DNA of 64,000 nucleotides from an uncultured Alphaproteobacteria bacterium (GTDB lineage Bacteria; Pseudomonadota; Alphaproteobacteria; HIMB59; GCA-002718135): assembly GCA_902541215.1 (NCBI GenBank), contig CACBPV010000001.1, positions 6,606-70,605 on the forward strand, given 5' to 3'. The position numbers and the translations under genes are program-made. Below, in pieces: positions 42,572 to 53,109 of the stretch. The notes below the pieces were generated by a model. The model was not told where the DNA came from. It searched no databases and worked only from the letters and a program-made list of their open reading frames with translations. Numbering within the stretch: position 1 is the stretch's first letter; each line of letters starts with the position of its first letter.

Positions 42572-43506
42572 ATTTCAGAAGTGATATTTAGATACTTTTC
42601 TTTTCTAATTTGAACTAATTCTTTTATTGAAATTTTTTTGAGCTCATTGATAAGGCTAATAATCTTTTCTTTTAGTAATTCTGCTTGTTTAAAAGGATGT
42701 CTGTGTGCTCCCCCATATGGTTCTGGAATGATATCATCAATAATCTTAAATTTTTTACAATCAGCAGATGTTAATTTTAAAGTTTTTGCAGCTTCCTGAG
42801 AAAATTCCGTGTTTCTCCATAAAATAGAAGCACATCCTTCAGGAGAAATAACTGAATAAATTGAGTGTTCTAACATTAGAACTCTATCTGAAGTAGCAAT
42901 TCCTATAGCTCCACCTGACCCACCTTCTCCAATAATTATTGATATTGTTGGAATATTAGTTTTTAAAAAATGAAGTATTGATGATGCTATAGACTCTGAT
43001 TGTCCTCTTTCTTCTGCATCTTTTCCAGGAAATGCACCAGCCGTATCAACAAATGAAACCAATGGCAATTTAAATTTTTCAGCTAATTTTAATAATCTTT
43101 GAACTTTTCTGTATCCCTCTGGTTTAGCCATTCCAAAGTTATGCTTAATTCTTGTTTCCATAGTGTTACCCTTTTCTGTTCCTATGAAAAATATAGAATT
43201 ACCATCTATTTTTGCCAAGCCACCTACTATTGCATTATCATCGGCATATTTTTTATCTCCATGTAAATAAACTATATCATCAAAAATATTTTTGATATAA
43301 TCAATTGTATGGGGCCTTTCTCCATGTCGAGACACTTGAACTTTTTGCCAAGGATCTAAATTTGAATAAATTTTTTTAAATAACTCATCTTTTTCTTTAT
43401 TTAATTTTTTAATTTTATCTAAATTTAATTCTTTATTATTATTTAATTGAGCCAATAATATTTCAATTTTTTCTATTTCACTTTCAAATTCAAAGTATTT
43501 AATCAT
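42568..43506 (-). CDS. accA: Acetyl-CoA carboxylase carboxyltransferase alpha subunit
   Basis: 312 aa. It has [23 protein letters not shown] and [13 protein letters not shown]. Confidence 0.95.
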   Translation of the reverse strand: MIKYFEFESEIEKIEILLAQLNNNKELNLDKIKKLNKEKDELFKKIYSNLDPWQKVQVSRHGERPHTIDYIKNIFDDIVYLHGDKKYADDNAIVGGLAKIDGNSIFFIGTEKGNTMETRIKHNFGMAKPEGYRKVQRLLKLAEKFKLPLVSFVDTAGAFPGKDAEERGQSESIASSILHFLKTNIPTISIIIGEGGSGGAIGIATSDRVLMLEHSIYSVISPEGCASILWRNTEFSQEAAKTLKLTSADCKKFKIIDDIIPEPYGGAHRHPFKQAELLKEKIISLINELKKISIKELVQIRKEKYLNITSEI

Positions 43507-45263
43507 ATAATGAATTTATAGCTTTTAAATATCTCTAAAATTAAATCTCTGAAAAGTAATCCATCTTTATAATTTAGATATCCGTCAAGTATAAGTTTTA
43601 AATGTTCTGGATGTAAATCATTCCATTCTTTACCATTTAAAGAAATTAATGAATAAAAAAGAAATTTTTCTTGATTGTTGTTAACAATACTCTCATTAAT
43701 TTCATTTAAAAGAAAGAGTGAAGGCATTAATCTAACATCAAAAACATTATCTAAATTTATATATTTATCAGAAGTAATATCTAAATTCATTACATCCTTA
43801 ATAACAAATAACAATTCAGCGTTTTGACTATAGTTATCATCTGTATAATTTTCGAAAGTTAAATTAATAGAATTTATAAATGAATTTAAGTCATTAGAAG
43901 AATATATATCTAATAAAATTCTTGTATAAATACTTTTTGAGTCAACCTGCTTTGCACTTTCATATAATTCTATCCATTCTAATGCATCTTGAAATTTATT
44001 ATTAAATATGTAGGCAGAAGCTATTTGAGGTCCATAAATTATATTTTCAGAATTAGCATCAATAGAGCTTAACATATTTAATGATAATTTATATGCTATT
44101 TCTTCTAAATTATTTCTTTTTGCAAAATCCCAAAATTGAATCAATACTTTTAGTCTATCGTTTGGAAAAATTTGAATATTTACTAGTTGAAATAAAAAAG
44201 CCATGCTTAATTCTTTATTACTTAAAAATGAGTCTATTGTCTTTTGAGGATTGTTAAATTGATCTGAATTAAAATCCGCTGACATATATAAAGCTGCTAA
44301 ACTATCGACTGTTATTAATTTTTCTAAAAAACTATTATTTGCTGCTTTTATTCTAAGGTCAATTGGCGAAGCTTGATTTAAAATTATTGGGATTGATAGA
44401 TTTTTCTTATCAAGTTCATAAAATGAATCTGAAAAAGGCAACTCTGCAATTCTAGTCATAGCACTATATAAAAATAATAATTCTATATTTATTTCTGAAT
44501 TTTTAATTTCATTATTAACATTTTGTGAGTCTGTAGAACTAGATATAAGTGAAAACAAATGTTGAAAATAAATATCTGAGTTTTTCTCTGACTCTACTAA
44601 AATTGAATTTAATAAACTAGCTTCAGATTGGTTATCATTTAAAATCAAACAAAATATATCAAGCTTTTCTAAAAAGAAAAAATCTAATCTTACATTTAAA
44701 TTTAATTCTTCTTTAAAGTTGCACGCTTCATTTAATTGAAAAGTTGATAACAGATAATTTAATTTAACCTTAGTATAGAAACTTAAATTTATATCGTTAC
44801 TTAAATCATATTTGTCAATTAATTCATAAGACTTATTAATTAGACCAACAGATTTAAAATAGTTTATAATAAGGAAAAAGATTTGTTTATCTTTCTCAAT
44901 TTCTAAGTTTAATTCCAGATCTTCTAAAATTTCATTAATGTGTATTTGTAATGTTTTTGAAGGAATATCTTGAATGTTTGCAAAATAATTTTCAAGGTCA
45001 CTAATATCATTATCAAAAAAGAAATCATTTTTAACAATTTCAATTTGTTTTACCTCAACTTCATTAGATGGAGTTACAGTTGATTCGTTAGAACTTTCGA
45101 TTTTTTCGTCAATTTCTTCTTTATCATTAAGGTTTTCTAATACCATTTGATCAAGACTCTTAGTTTCATATAAATTAATTACCTCTACTTCTATATTATC
45201 CTCTTCATTCGCAAAAACAGAGTGTGAGAATAGTATAAATAAGATTAATAAAATTAATTTCAT
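43503..45263 (-). CDS. Hypothetical secreted protein (orphan, N/I/L/E/S-rich)
   Basis: 586 aa. It has a clear signal peptide (MKLILLILFILFSHSVFA) and no domain I recognise. It has ATGA overlaps at both ends, with the small ORF upstream and accA downstream. Confidence 0.6.
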   Translation of the reverse strand: MKLILLILFILFSHSVFANEEDNIEVEVINLYETKSLDQMVLENLNDKEEIDEKIESSNESTVTPSNEVEVKQIEIVKNDFFFDNDISDLENYFANIQDIPSKTLQIHINEILEDLELNLEIEKDKQIFFLIINYFKSVGLINKSYELIDKYDLSNDINLSFYTKVKLNYLLSTFQLNEACNFKEELNLNVRLDFFFLEKLDIFCLILNDNQSEASLLNSILVESEKNSDIYFQHLFSLISSSTDSQNVNNEIKNSEINIELLFLYSAMTRIAELPFSDSFYELDKKNLSIPIILNQASPIDLRIKAANNSFLEKLITVDSLAALYMSADFNSDQFNNPQKTIDSFLSNKELSMAFLFQLVNIQIFPNDRLKVLIQFWDFAKRNNLEEIAYKLSLNMLSSIDANSENIIYGPQIASAYIFNNKFQDALEWIELYESAKQVDSKSIYTRILLDIYSSNDLNSFINSINLTFENYTDDNYSQNAELLFVIKDVMNLDITSDKYINLDNVFDVRLMPSLFLLNEINESIVNNNQEKFLFYSLISLNGKEWNDLHPEHLKLILDGYLNYKDGLLFRDLILEIFKSYKFII

Positions 45264-45388
45264 TTTAAATTTAGTGTATATTTTTCAGTAATAATTGATG
45301 AGGGTGAAGGAATTTCAATCATATACAGCATCGTAAAAACGATTATTGTTAGTATTAGAAAAAAATATATAATGTAAGAACTTTTCAT
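45260..45388 (-). CDS. Candidate small membrane protein (42 aa)
   Basis: Hand translation gives MKSSYIIYFFLILTIIVFTMLYMIEIPSPSSIITEKYTLNLK. It contains one hydrophobic helix. Its stop TGA overlaps the ATG of the 586-aa gene (ATGA). A 42-codon stop-free run is unusual in spacer this AT-rich. It is below the ORF-track cut-off. Confidence 0.4.
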   Translation of the reverse strand: MKSSYIIYFFLILTIIVFTMLYMIEIPSPSSIITEKYTLNLK

Positions 45389-45487
45389 ATATGCTAATTT
45401 AAAAATGACTAATATATGTTTTTACCATTTTTTTAAGTTTTTTCTAATTTCAATAAAAATTTGTCAAGAATAAGAAATTTTAATAAT

Positions 45488-46024
45488 ATGTACGATCTAA
45501 GTAAGATTAAAAAGAAAAATATTTGTATTATGGGCCTTATGGGGTCAGGAAAATCTATAATTGGTAAAGATTTAAGCAAATATCTAAATTTAAAGTTTTA
45601 TGATACTGATAAAGAAATTGAACTAAAAATGAAAAAAAGCATTAGTACAATTTTTAAAGAAGAAGGAGAGTCATTTTTTAGAGAAATAGAATTAAAAGTT
45701 TGCACTGATTTGTTAACTCATGATAATTGTGTGATCTCTCTAGGAGGAGGAAGCATAATAAATCGAGAAATTAGAAAAATGATTAAGATTAATTCTTATT
45801 CAATTTATTTGCAGGTTAAATTAAACAATTTACTGGAAAGACTTAAATCTTCAAAAAAGAGGCCATTGTTAAATACAAAACTTAATAAAAGAGAAACATT
45901 ACAAAATCTTTATAATGATAGACGAAAATTTTATGAAAAAGCTGATTTAATTGTAAAGAATAACAATGATAAATTTAAAGTATTAGAAAAAATTGAATCT
46001 GAACTTAAATTATATGAAAACTAA
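45488..46024 (+). CDS. aroK: Shikimate kinase
   Basis: The P-loop is MGLMGSGKSIIGK, followed by DTDKEIE and LGGGSI. The ATG at 45488 is preferred over the TTG at 45461. Confidence 0.85.
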   Translation: MYDLSKIKKKNICIMGLMGSGKSIIGKDLSKYLNLKFYDTDKEIELKMKKSISTIFKEEGESFFREIELKVCTDLLTHDNCVISLGGGSIINREIRKMIKINSYSIYLQVKLNNLLERLKSSKKRPLLNTKLNKRETLQNLYNDRRKFYEKADLIVKNNNDKFKVLEKIESELKLYEN

Positions 46025-47048
46025 ATTATTTATAAAAAATAATTATATTTTAAAATATATTGAAGTTATTGCAAAAAAAAATGAGAAAGTGTTTTGCGTT
46101 ATAGATTCAAAAATTAAAATTGATTTAAAGCAGATTAAACAAAAAAATTTAATTATTTTTTCTATTCAATGTGGAGAGAAAATAAAAACTTTTAATGAGT
46201 ATAAAAATCTTTCTGAAAAACTAATCAAAAGTAATGTAAACAGAAAATCTGCGCTTATTGCTATTGGAGGAGGGACTCTAGGCGATTTGACAGGATTTGT
46301 GGCAAGTACAGTATTAAGAGGTTTAGATTTTTATCTTATACCAACAACTCTTTTGTCACAAGTTGATAGTTCTATAGGAGGTAAAAATGGTATTAACACT
46401 ATTTATGGAAAAAATTTACTTGGAACTTTCTACCAACCAAAAGAAGTGTTAATAGATATTTCAGTATTAAGAAGTTTATCAAAGAAGGAAATAAAATCAG
46501 GGTATTCTGAAATAATTAAACATGCTCTTATAAAAGATTATTCATTTTTTTGTTGGTTAGAAGTAAATACAAAAAAATTACTTAATTTAGACAAACCTAT
46601 TTTGGAAAAAGCAATTTATAAATCTATTATGATTAAACTTTTTTATGTTAAAAAAGATGAGAAAGAATATTTATTAGACAATAATTCTAGAGCAATGTTA
46701 AATTTTGGACACACAATTGGTCATGCTATTGAAAGTCACTATAAATATAAAAAATTTAATCATGGAGAGTCAATTTCCATAGGCATGATAGCTGAAGCAA
46801 AGATATCTAATTATCTTGGTTTGCTATCATCAAATGAACTAAAAAGAATTCTGACACATTTCAAAAAATATAGACTGAAAGTGAATGATAATATATTGAA
46901 AGATAAAAGATTAATAAGTAAGATAACAAAAGATAAAAAGAATTTTCAAAATAATATTATATTTTCACTAATAGATAAAATAGGAAGTTCAATTTTTTAT
47001 AAAAAGCTAGATAAAAATAAAGTTTATAAAATTTTACAAAATATATAA
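46014..47048 (+). CDS. aroB: 3-dehydroquinate synthase
   Basis: It has GGGTLGDLTGFVAS, IPTTLLSQVDSSIGGK and NFGHTIGHAIE. The ATG at 46014 overlaps the aroK end by 11 nt. Confidence 0.9.
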   Translation: MKTKLFIKNNYILKYIEVIAKKNEKVFCVIDSKIKIDLKQIKQKNLIIFSIQCGEKIKTFNEYKNLSEKLIKSNVNRKSALIAIGGGTLGDLTGFVASTVLRGLDFYLIPTTLLSQVDSSIGGKNGINTIYGKNLLGTFYQPKEVLIDISVLRSLSKKEIKSGYSEIIKHALIKDYSFFCWLEVNTKKLLNLDKPILEKAIYKSIMIKLFYVKKDEKEYLLDNNSRAMLNFGHTIGHAIESHYKYKKFNHGESISIGMIAEAKISNYLGLLSSNELKRILTHFKKYRLKVNDNILKDKRLISKITKDKKNFQNNIIFSLIDKIGSSIFYKKLDKNKVYKILQNI

Positions 47049-48296
47049 ATGACGAGCCTATTTCTTCTTTTATTACTTATAATCCTCATAATGCTATCAG
47101 GTTTTTTATCAGGGTCAGAAACTGCAATAACCGCAACTTCAAAAGCAAGAATTCTTTATAAGAAAAAAAAGGGTAGTAAAAGAGCTGGTTATGTACTTGA
47201 GCTACTAGATAAAAAAGATAATGTAATATCTACACTACTATTATCAAATAATTTAGTTAATATTCTAGCATCCTCTCTTGCTACAGCATTTTTTTATGAT
47301 CTTTTTGGAGTAGAGGGTATTTTTTATGCAACCTTAATTATGACAGTTGTAATTGTAATATTTGCCGAAGTCCTTCCTAAAACTTATGCCATAAATAAGC
47401 CAAATAGAACTGCTTTATTAATATCTCCAATTATTTATTATTTAAATAAAATTTTATTTATTTTTGTATTTGTAATTAATTTAATCGTAAGATTAATTTT
47501 TAGAAAAAATGATAATGATATAAAAAATAATGATCTTCAGTCAGAAGAAGAATTAAAAGGAGTAATAGATCTTTATAAAACTTCAAATCCAGATTATGAA
47601 CAAGAAAAGGATATGCTACAAAGTATATTACAATTAAATGACATAACTGTTGAAGAAATTTTTACACATCGAAAAAATATTTATTCGATAGATTCATCTC
47701 TTAAGACTAGTGAAATAATTCAAAAAATTAATAACTCTAGATATACCCGTATTCCTTTTTGGAAAGATAATCCTGAAAATATAATAGGTTTATTAAATGT
47801 TAGAACATTAAATATAGATTTGAAGAATCATAATGAATCAAAAGAAATAATATTTGATAAAATTTCTAATCCTTGGTTTATTCCTGAAACTACAAATCTA
47901 TTGGAGCAATTAGTAGAATTTAAGAAAAGAAAAGAACACTTAGCTTTTGTTGTTGATGAATTTGGTGAATTACTTGGATTAATAACTTTAGAGGATATTA
48001 TAGAAGAAATAGTTGGTGAAATTGTAGATGAAATTGATGTGCCAGAAAATGACTTTAAACTAAATAACTATGGCAAGGTTATTATTAATGGTGAGAAAAA
48101 TATTAGAGATTTGTATAAGAGTTTTGATTTAGATCCACCAGTGATTGAGTCTTCTACAATAGCTGGATATATTTTAGATATGTCAAAAAAAATACCTTCA
48201 TATGGTGAAATTTTTAAAGATAATTTTTTTTACTATAAAATTTTATCACATTCAAAAAAGCAAATATCTAAGGTTGAAATTTCAAAAATTAATTGA
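47049..48296 (+). CDS. HlyC/CorC (CNNM/TlyC) family transporter: DUF21 + CBS pair + CorC_HlyC domain
   Basis: 415 aa. The N-terminal DUF21 membrane domain includes SGFLSGSETAIT. CBS region and C-terminal transporter-associated domain follow. Confidence 0.8.
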   Translation: MTSLFLLLLLIILIMLSGFLSGSETAITATSKARILYKKKKGSKRAGYVLELLDKKDNVISTLLLSNNLVNILASSLATAFFYDLFGVEGIFYATLIMTVVIVIFAEVLPKTYAINKPNRTALLISPIIYYLNKILFIFVFVINLIVRLIFRKNDNDIKNNDLQSEEELKGVIDLYKTSNPDYEQEKDMLQSILQLNDITVEEIFTHRKNIYSIDSSLKTSEIIQKINNSRYTRIPFWKDNPENIIGLLNVRTLNIDLKNHNESKEIIFDKISNPWFIPETTNLLEQLVEFKKRKEHLAFVVDEFGELLGLITLEDIIEEIVGEIVDEIDVPENDFKLNNYGKVIINGEKNIRDLYKSFDLDPPVIESSTIAGYILDMSKKIPSYGEIFKDNFFYYKILSHSKKQISKVEISKIN

Positions 48297-48543
48297 TTTT
48301 TATTTCTATTGAATGCAATCCATTTTTAAATTCATCTTCTAGTAAATTATTTATCATTCTATGAATATTTAATTTATTTAATGAGTCGTTATTTTTATTT
48401 GTTAAAATAATTTTTATATGTGTTTCGTTTTTTCCATCAAAATTATTATGTCCTATATGTAAATTGGAATTGTCAATAATTTCTAGTAAAAAATTATCAA
48501 ATTTTTTTAACAATAATTTAGCAATTCTTTGCTTACGATTCAT
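48289..48543 (-). CDS. bolA: BolA family protein
   Basis: 84 aa. It shows the ...LHIGHNNF..ETHIKI... and C-terminal GLHSIEIK BolA pattern. Confidence 0.75.
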   Translation of the reverse strand: MNRKQRIAKLLLKKFDNFLLEIIDNSNLHIGHNNFDGKNETHIKIILTNKNNDSLNKLNIHRMINNLLEDEFKNGLHSIEIKIN

Positions 48544-48566
48544 ATATTTTAAACTATATAATAACT

Positions 48567-49157
48567 GTGGGAAAACATAAAATAGATATTAATAAAAATA
48601 GTCTTTCTTGGGAAAAAACTTTTTTTAGAAAATGTGATAATAAAGATTGCAACAATGAAGGAAAATTTAAAGCTCCAAAATCTCGAGTTTTGTTGAACCA
48701 ATATTATTTTTTTTGTCTAGAGCATATTAAAGAATATAATAAATCCTGGGACTTTTATAAAGGATTATCAGTTAACGAAATTGAGAATTCTATGAGAGAG
48801 GATATTATTTGGAATAGGCCCTCTTGGCCATTAAAAGGAAGTTACCATAAAGTTATGGATCAAATTAATAACTTTTTTAATGAAGAAATTAATGATTTGA
48901 AACCAAATGAAAGTGAGAATAATTACTTTAAAAATAAGCTAATTGATGAAAATCTTACAAAAGATGAAAGTGATGCATTATCTACATTTGACCTACAACT
49001 TCCATTAACATTAGACAAAATTAAAAAAACTTATAAAAAACTAGTGAAAATATTTCACCCTGATGTAAATGGTAATGATAAAAATGCAGAAGAAAGATTT
49101 AAGGAAATAAATAACTCGTACAAAATACTTTTAAAAAAATTTAAAAATGAAAAATAA
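48567..49157 (+). CDS. J-domain (DnaJ-like) protein with an N-terminal Cys/His-containing region
   Basis: 196 aa with a GTG start. The C-terminal J-domain is TYKKLVKIFHPDVNGNDKNAEERFKEINNSYKIL (HPD motif). The N-terminus has C..C...C..H spacing. Confidence 0.75.
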   Translation: MGKHKIDINKNSLSWEKTFFRKCDNKDCNNEGKFKAPKSRVLLNQYYFFCLEHIKEYNKSWDFYKGLSVNEIENSMREDIIWNRPSWPLKGSYHKVMDQINNFFNEEINDLKPNESENNYFKNKLIDENLTKDESDALSTFDLQLPLTLDKIKKTYKKLVKIFHPDVNGNDKNAEERFKEINNSYKILLKKFKNEK

Positions 49158-50130
49158 AAATAATTTAGATATATCTCCGAGTATCAAAGTAGATCCTAAA
49201 GAATTATTTGGAGTTTCCTGTGAGTTTGATATTTATAAATTTAAAGAAAAAAGTGAGCATGTACCAGAAATTGATCAAACATATATATTTGATCCAGCAA
49301 CAACACTTTCTATACTTGCTGGCTTTTCTTCTAATAGAAGAGTACTTATACAAGGGTATCATGGTACAGGTAAATCTACTCATATCGAACAGGTAGCTGC
49401 CAGACTTAATTGGCCTTGTATTAGAATTAATTTAGATAGTCATATAAGTAGAATAGATTTGATTGGTAAAGATGCAATCGTACTGAAAGATAATAAACAA
49501 GTAACAGAGTTTCAAGATGGTATACTGCCTTGGTCTTACAAAAATCCAGTAGCTTTAGTATTTGATGAATATGATGCAGGCAGACCAGATGTAATGTTTG
49601 TTATTCAGCGTATTCTAGAGTCAGAAGGTAAGTTAACTTTACTTGATCAATCAAGAGTAATCAAACCCCACAAATTCTTTAGATTGTTTGCTACAGCTAA
49701 CACAGTTGGACTTGGTGATACATCTGGTTTATATCATGGAACGCAACAAATAAATCAAGGTCAAATCGATAGATGGAATATTGTATCAACTTTGAATTAT
49801 CTAGATAATGATCAAGAGATAAAAATTATTTTAAGTAAAATAAAAAAACTTAATAATAAGGATGGGAAAGATATTGTTAAATGTATGGTAGCAACTGCAG
49901 ATCTTTCAAGATCAGGATTTATTAACGGTGATATTTCAACTGTTATGAGCCCAAGAACTGTATTGACTTGGGCAGAAAATTACCTTCTTTTCAATGATAT
50001 AGAATATTCTTTTAAACTTTCTTTTTTAAATAGATGTGATGAAATGGAGCGATCTATCTTACAGGAATATTTTCAAAGATCATTTGGAATTGATATTACT
50101 GACGCTAAGGTAGTTAATGTCAAAGAATAG
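49147..50130 (+). CDS. cobS: CobS-type AAA+ ATPase (annotated family: aerobic cobaltochelatase subunit CobS)
   Basis: 327 aa. The Walker A context is [43 protein letters not shown] and the Walker B is [14 protein letters not shown]. It overlaps the J-domain gene by 11 nt. Confidence 0.85.
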   Translation: MKNKNNLDISPSIKVDPKELFGVSCEFDIYKFKEKSEHVPEIDQTYIFDPATTLSILAGFSSNRRVLIQGYHGTGKSTHIEQVAARLNWPCIRINLDSHISRIDLIGKDAIVLKDNKQVTEFQDGILPWSYKNPVALVFDEYDAGRPDVMFVIQRILESEGKLTLLDQSRVIKPHKFFRLFATANTVGLGDTSGLYHGTQQINQGQIDRWNIVSTLNYLDNDQEIKIILSKIKKLNNKDGKDIVKCMVATADLSRSGFINGDISTVMSPRTVLTWAENYLLFNDIEYSFKLSFLNRCDEMERSILQEYFQRSFGIDITDAKVVNVKE

Positions 50131-51898
50131 TGCAATTATTGAAGACTTTAAAAAATCTTTAAGTGCAACAATAAAATCTATAGGAAAAAAAGAGGATATA
50201 GAGATTAATTTTGTTAAAGAAAATCCTTCAATTATTGGTAACACAATAAATTTAACTGAACCAAAAATTGAAAGTTTCAAAAATAATCTAGAATATCTAA
50301 GAGCTGAAGCTGACTCTTTTGCACTTGAATTCAGATTGCATTCAAAAGATATACACCAAAACTTCTTAAATCAAGACGAATTATCAAACGAAATAATTAA
50401 TGTTTTGGAACAGGCAAGAGTAGAAGCTATTGGTAGTAATGAATTCAAAGGGATACAAAAAAATCTAAAAAAAAAATATATTAGAGATCTAAAAATTGGA
50501 GATACTGAAAAAGATAAGAATTTATTAATTAAAGCATTTAAAAACGTAGCATTTGAAGAAATTGTGGGTGTAGATTTAGGTGAAAATAATAGTAGTTTTA
50601 AAAATATTGTAAAAGAAAAATTAAAAAAAGATTATTCAAACTTTTTTAAAGATTTAAAGAAATGTCTTCACGATCAGGAAAAATATACATCTACAATAGT
50701 TGAAAAACTAGATGAGCTTGGATTGCTTAATAATAATATAAACAATACTCAGAATGATGAAATTAATCAAAACGATGAAGATCAAAATAATGAAAATGAA
50801 AATAATGATGATCAAAAAAATGATGAGCAAACTGAATCAAATATTGAAATGCAAACAAGTGAAACGACTGTTGAGCAGTCAGTGTCATTAGAAGAAAATG
50901 ATGATATGGGAGAGGAAAGTGGGGATACTGAACTAGATTATTTACAAGATAGAAAAATTATAGAAAGCTTAGAGAGTTATAAAGTATATGATTATAATTT
51001 TGATGAAATTATTAACGCTGAAGAGCTTTGTGATATCAAAGAATTGGAAAAACTTAGAAGAAATCTTGATCAACAAGTATTTTCTTTTCAACCATTAATT
51101 GTTAAAATTGCTAATAGACTACAAAGAAAACTTTTAGCTCAGCAAAATCGTCATTGGGATTTTAATATGGAAGAGGGTTTTCTTGATACATCACGATTGG
51201 CTAAAATAATTGCTAATCCAAATAATAAATTAAGCTATAAAATAGAAAAAGAAGTTGAATTTAAAGATACTATTGTAAGTCTGCTAATTGATAATTCTGG
51301 TTCAATGAGAGGCAGACCAATTACCGTAGCGGCACTGTGTTCAGATATTTTAGCAAAAACATTAGAAAGATGTTTAATTAAATCGGAAATATTAGGATTT
51401 ACAACCAAAGCTTGGAAGGGAGGTAACTCAAGAGAAAAATGGATTAAAAACGGAAAACCCTCTAATCCTGGCAGGTTAAATGATCTAAGACATATCATTT
51501 ATAAATCTGCTGACTCGCCTTGGAGAAGATCAAAGAAAAATTTGGGATTATTATTGAAAGAGGGTATTTTGAAGGAAAATGTCGATGGAGAAGCTTTATC
51601 ATGGGCATATAATAGATTATCTTTTCGAAAAGAAAAAAGAAAAATTCTTATTGTTATAAGTGATGGCGCACCAGTTGATGACTCAACACTTTCTGTAAAT
51701 CCAGGTAACTATTTAGAAAAAAATTTGAGAGATATAATCGGTAAAATAGAAAAAAAAGACGAAATTGAATTAATTGCTATTGGAATTGGGCATGATGTTT
51801 CAAGATACTATAGTAAAGCTGTAACAATAATGGATGTCGATCAGTTAGGCGAAGTATTACTAAATCAATTATCTACTACTTTTCATTTAGATAATTAA
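50117..51898 (+). CDS. cobT: CobT-type protein with a C-terminal vWA domain (annotated family: cobaltochelatase subunit CobT)
   Basis: 593 aa. It has a central acidic low-complexity insert and a C-terminal vWA/MIDAS-like region ([14 protein letters not shown] ... [12 protein letters not shown]). It overlaps cobS by 14 nt. Confidence 0.8.
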   Translation: MSKNSAIIEDFKKSLSATIKSIGKKEDIEINFVKENPSIIGNTINLTEPKIESFKNNLEYLRAEADSFALEFRLHSKDIHQNFLNQDELSNEIINVLEQARVEAIGSNEFKGIQKNLKKKYIRDLKIGDTEKDKNLLIKAFKNVAFEEIVGVDLGENNSSFKNIVKEKLKKDYSNFFKDLKKCLHDQEKYTSTIVEKLDELGLLNNNINNTQNDEINQNDEDQNNENENNDDQKNDEQTESNIEMQTSETTVEQSVSLEENDDMGEESGDTELDYLQDRKIIESLESYKVYDYNFDEIINAEELCDIKELEKLRRNLDQQVFSFQPLIVKIANRLQRKLLAQQNRHWDFNMEEGFLDTSRLAKIIANPNNKLSYKIEKEVEFKDTIVSLLIDNSGSMRGRPITVAALCSDILAKTLERCLIKSEILGFTTKAWKGGNSREKWIKNGKPSNPGRLNDLRHIIYKSADSPWRRSKKNLGLLLKEGILKENVDGEALSWAYNRLSFRKEKRKILIVISDGAPVDDSTLSVNPGNYLEKNLRDIIGKIEKKDEIELIAIGIGHDVSRYYSKAVTIMDVDQLGEVLLNQLSTTFHLDN

Positions 51899-53109
51899 GA
51901 ATTTAACCAATTCTTTTTTGCATTATCAAAATCATTGTTATCAATTGAGTTTCTAACTTCTTTCATAAGATTATTCATAAAATATATATTATGATTAGTT
52001 AGAAGTTGTAATCCTAGTAATTCTTGTGAAGAAAAAAGATGATGTAAATATGCAAGTGTAAAGTTCTTACAAGTATAGCAATTACATTCATTATCTATTG
52101 GGTTAAAATTTTTTTTATATTTAACATTTTTTAAGTTTATTTTTCCCTTTTTACCTTTTACTAAAGCTGATCCATGTCTAGCTATTCTAGTTGGGCTTAC
52201 ACAATCAAATGTATCGATTCCATCTGCAACAAAATCCCATATATCCCTTGGATCGCCAATTCCTAGCAAATGTACCGGGCGAGTATTATCCAATTTAGAA
52301 GAAGTAAAATGAACTATATCTTTCATTTCATCTTTATTTGATCCTAAACTTCCACCAATTGCAATCCCAAAAGTTTTAATTTTTTTTGTATTAAATTCAA
52401 TGCTTTCCTCTCTTAAATCTCTGTAAATCCCTCCTTGAACAATCCCATACATTTCTTGTCTACCAGCTGAGCCATTTTTAGGATTATAATGAAATTTAGA
52501 GTTAAATGCATTGATGGATCTTAAAGACCATCTATGACTTCTTAACATAGAATCAGAAGTGTATGTTTTATCTACATTGTAAGGTGTGCATTCATCAAAA
52601 ACTAAGATGAAATCTGCTCCGAGATTTCTTTGAACCTCTATCGATTTTTCAGGAGATAACATATGAGTAGAACCATCTATATAAGACTTGAATAATGCAC
52701 CCTCTTCATTCAAATTTATTAAAGTTTTTTTATTTTTTGAATTTGTTTTTCGCCCTTTTATTTCATCAGCAACTGAGCCATGTCCAAGAGAAAAAATTTG
52801 AAATCCACCACTATCGGTTAACATAGGTCCATTCCAACCTGTAAATTTATGAAGACCCCCATGTTGAGCTATTAATTCACTACCTGGCTGAAGCATCAAG
52901 TGGTAAGTATTGGATAATATAATTTGTGTATTATTTTTTTTTGCATCAAGAGTAGTAAAAGATTTTAATGCAGCTTTTGTTGCACAAAAAATAAATGCCG
53001 GAGTTTCAATATCTCCATGTGGTGTAGAAATTTTTCCCGTTCTTGCTTTATTATTTTTATTTGTATTTTTAACTTTCCAAGAAAAGTTATTCATTAGTTT
53101 TTGGTACAA
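51895..53109 (-). CDS. tgt: tRNA-guanine(34) transglycosylase
   Basis: 404 aa. It has [26 protein letters not shown] and the zinc site CNCYTCKNF. The start is either 53109 or the Met at 53094. Both overlap the yhhQ-like gene. Confidence 0.9.
   Translation of the reverse strand: MYQKLMNNFSWKVKNTNKNNKARTGKISTPHGDIETPAFIFCATKAALKSFTTLDAKKNNTQIILSNTYHLMLQPGSELIAQHGGLHKFTGWNGPMLTDSGGFQIFSLGHGSVADEIKGRKTNSKNKKTLINLNEEGALFKSYIDGSTHMLSPEKSIEVQRNLGADFILVFDECTPYNVDKTYTSDSMLRSHRWSLRSINAFNSKFHYNPKNGSAGRQEMYGIVQGGIYRDLREESIEFNTKKIKTFGIAIGGSLGSNKDEMKDIVHFTSSKLDNTRPVHLLGIGDPRDIWDFVADGIDTFDCVSPTRIARHGSALVKGKKGKINLKNVKYKKNFNPIDNECNCYTCKNFTLAYLHHLFSSQELLGLQLLTNHNIYFMNNLMKEVRNSIDNNDFDNAKKNWLNS

Noticed and set aside
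45459-45487. Promoter-like TTGTCA-17 nt-TAATAT upstream of aroK
   Set aside because: The -10 hexamer overlaps the only plausible aroK ATG (45488). A transcript from it would lack the start codon and the conserved first beta-strand before the P-loop. It is likely a chance match in AT-rich DNA.
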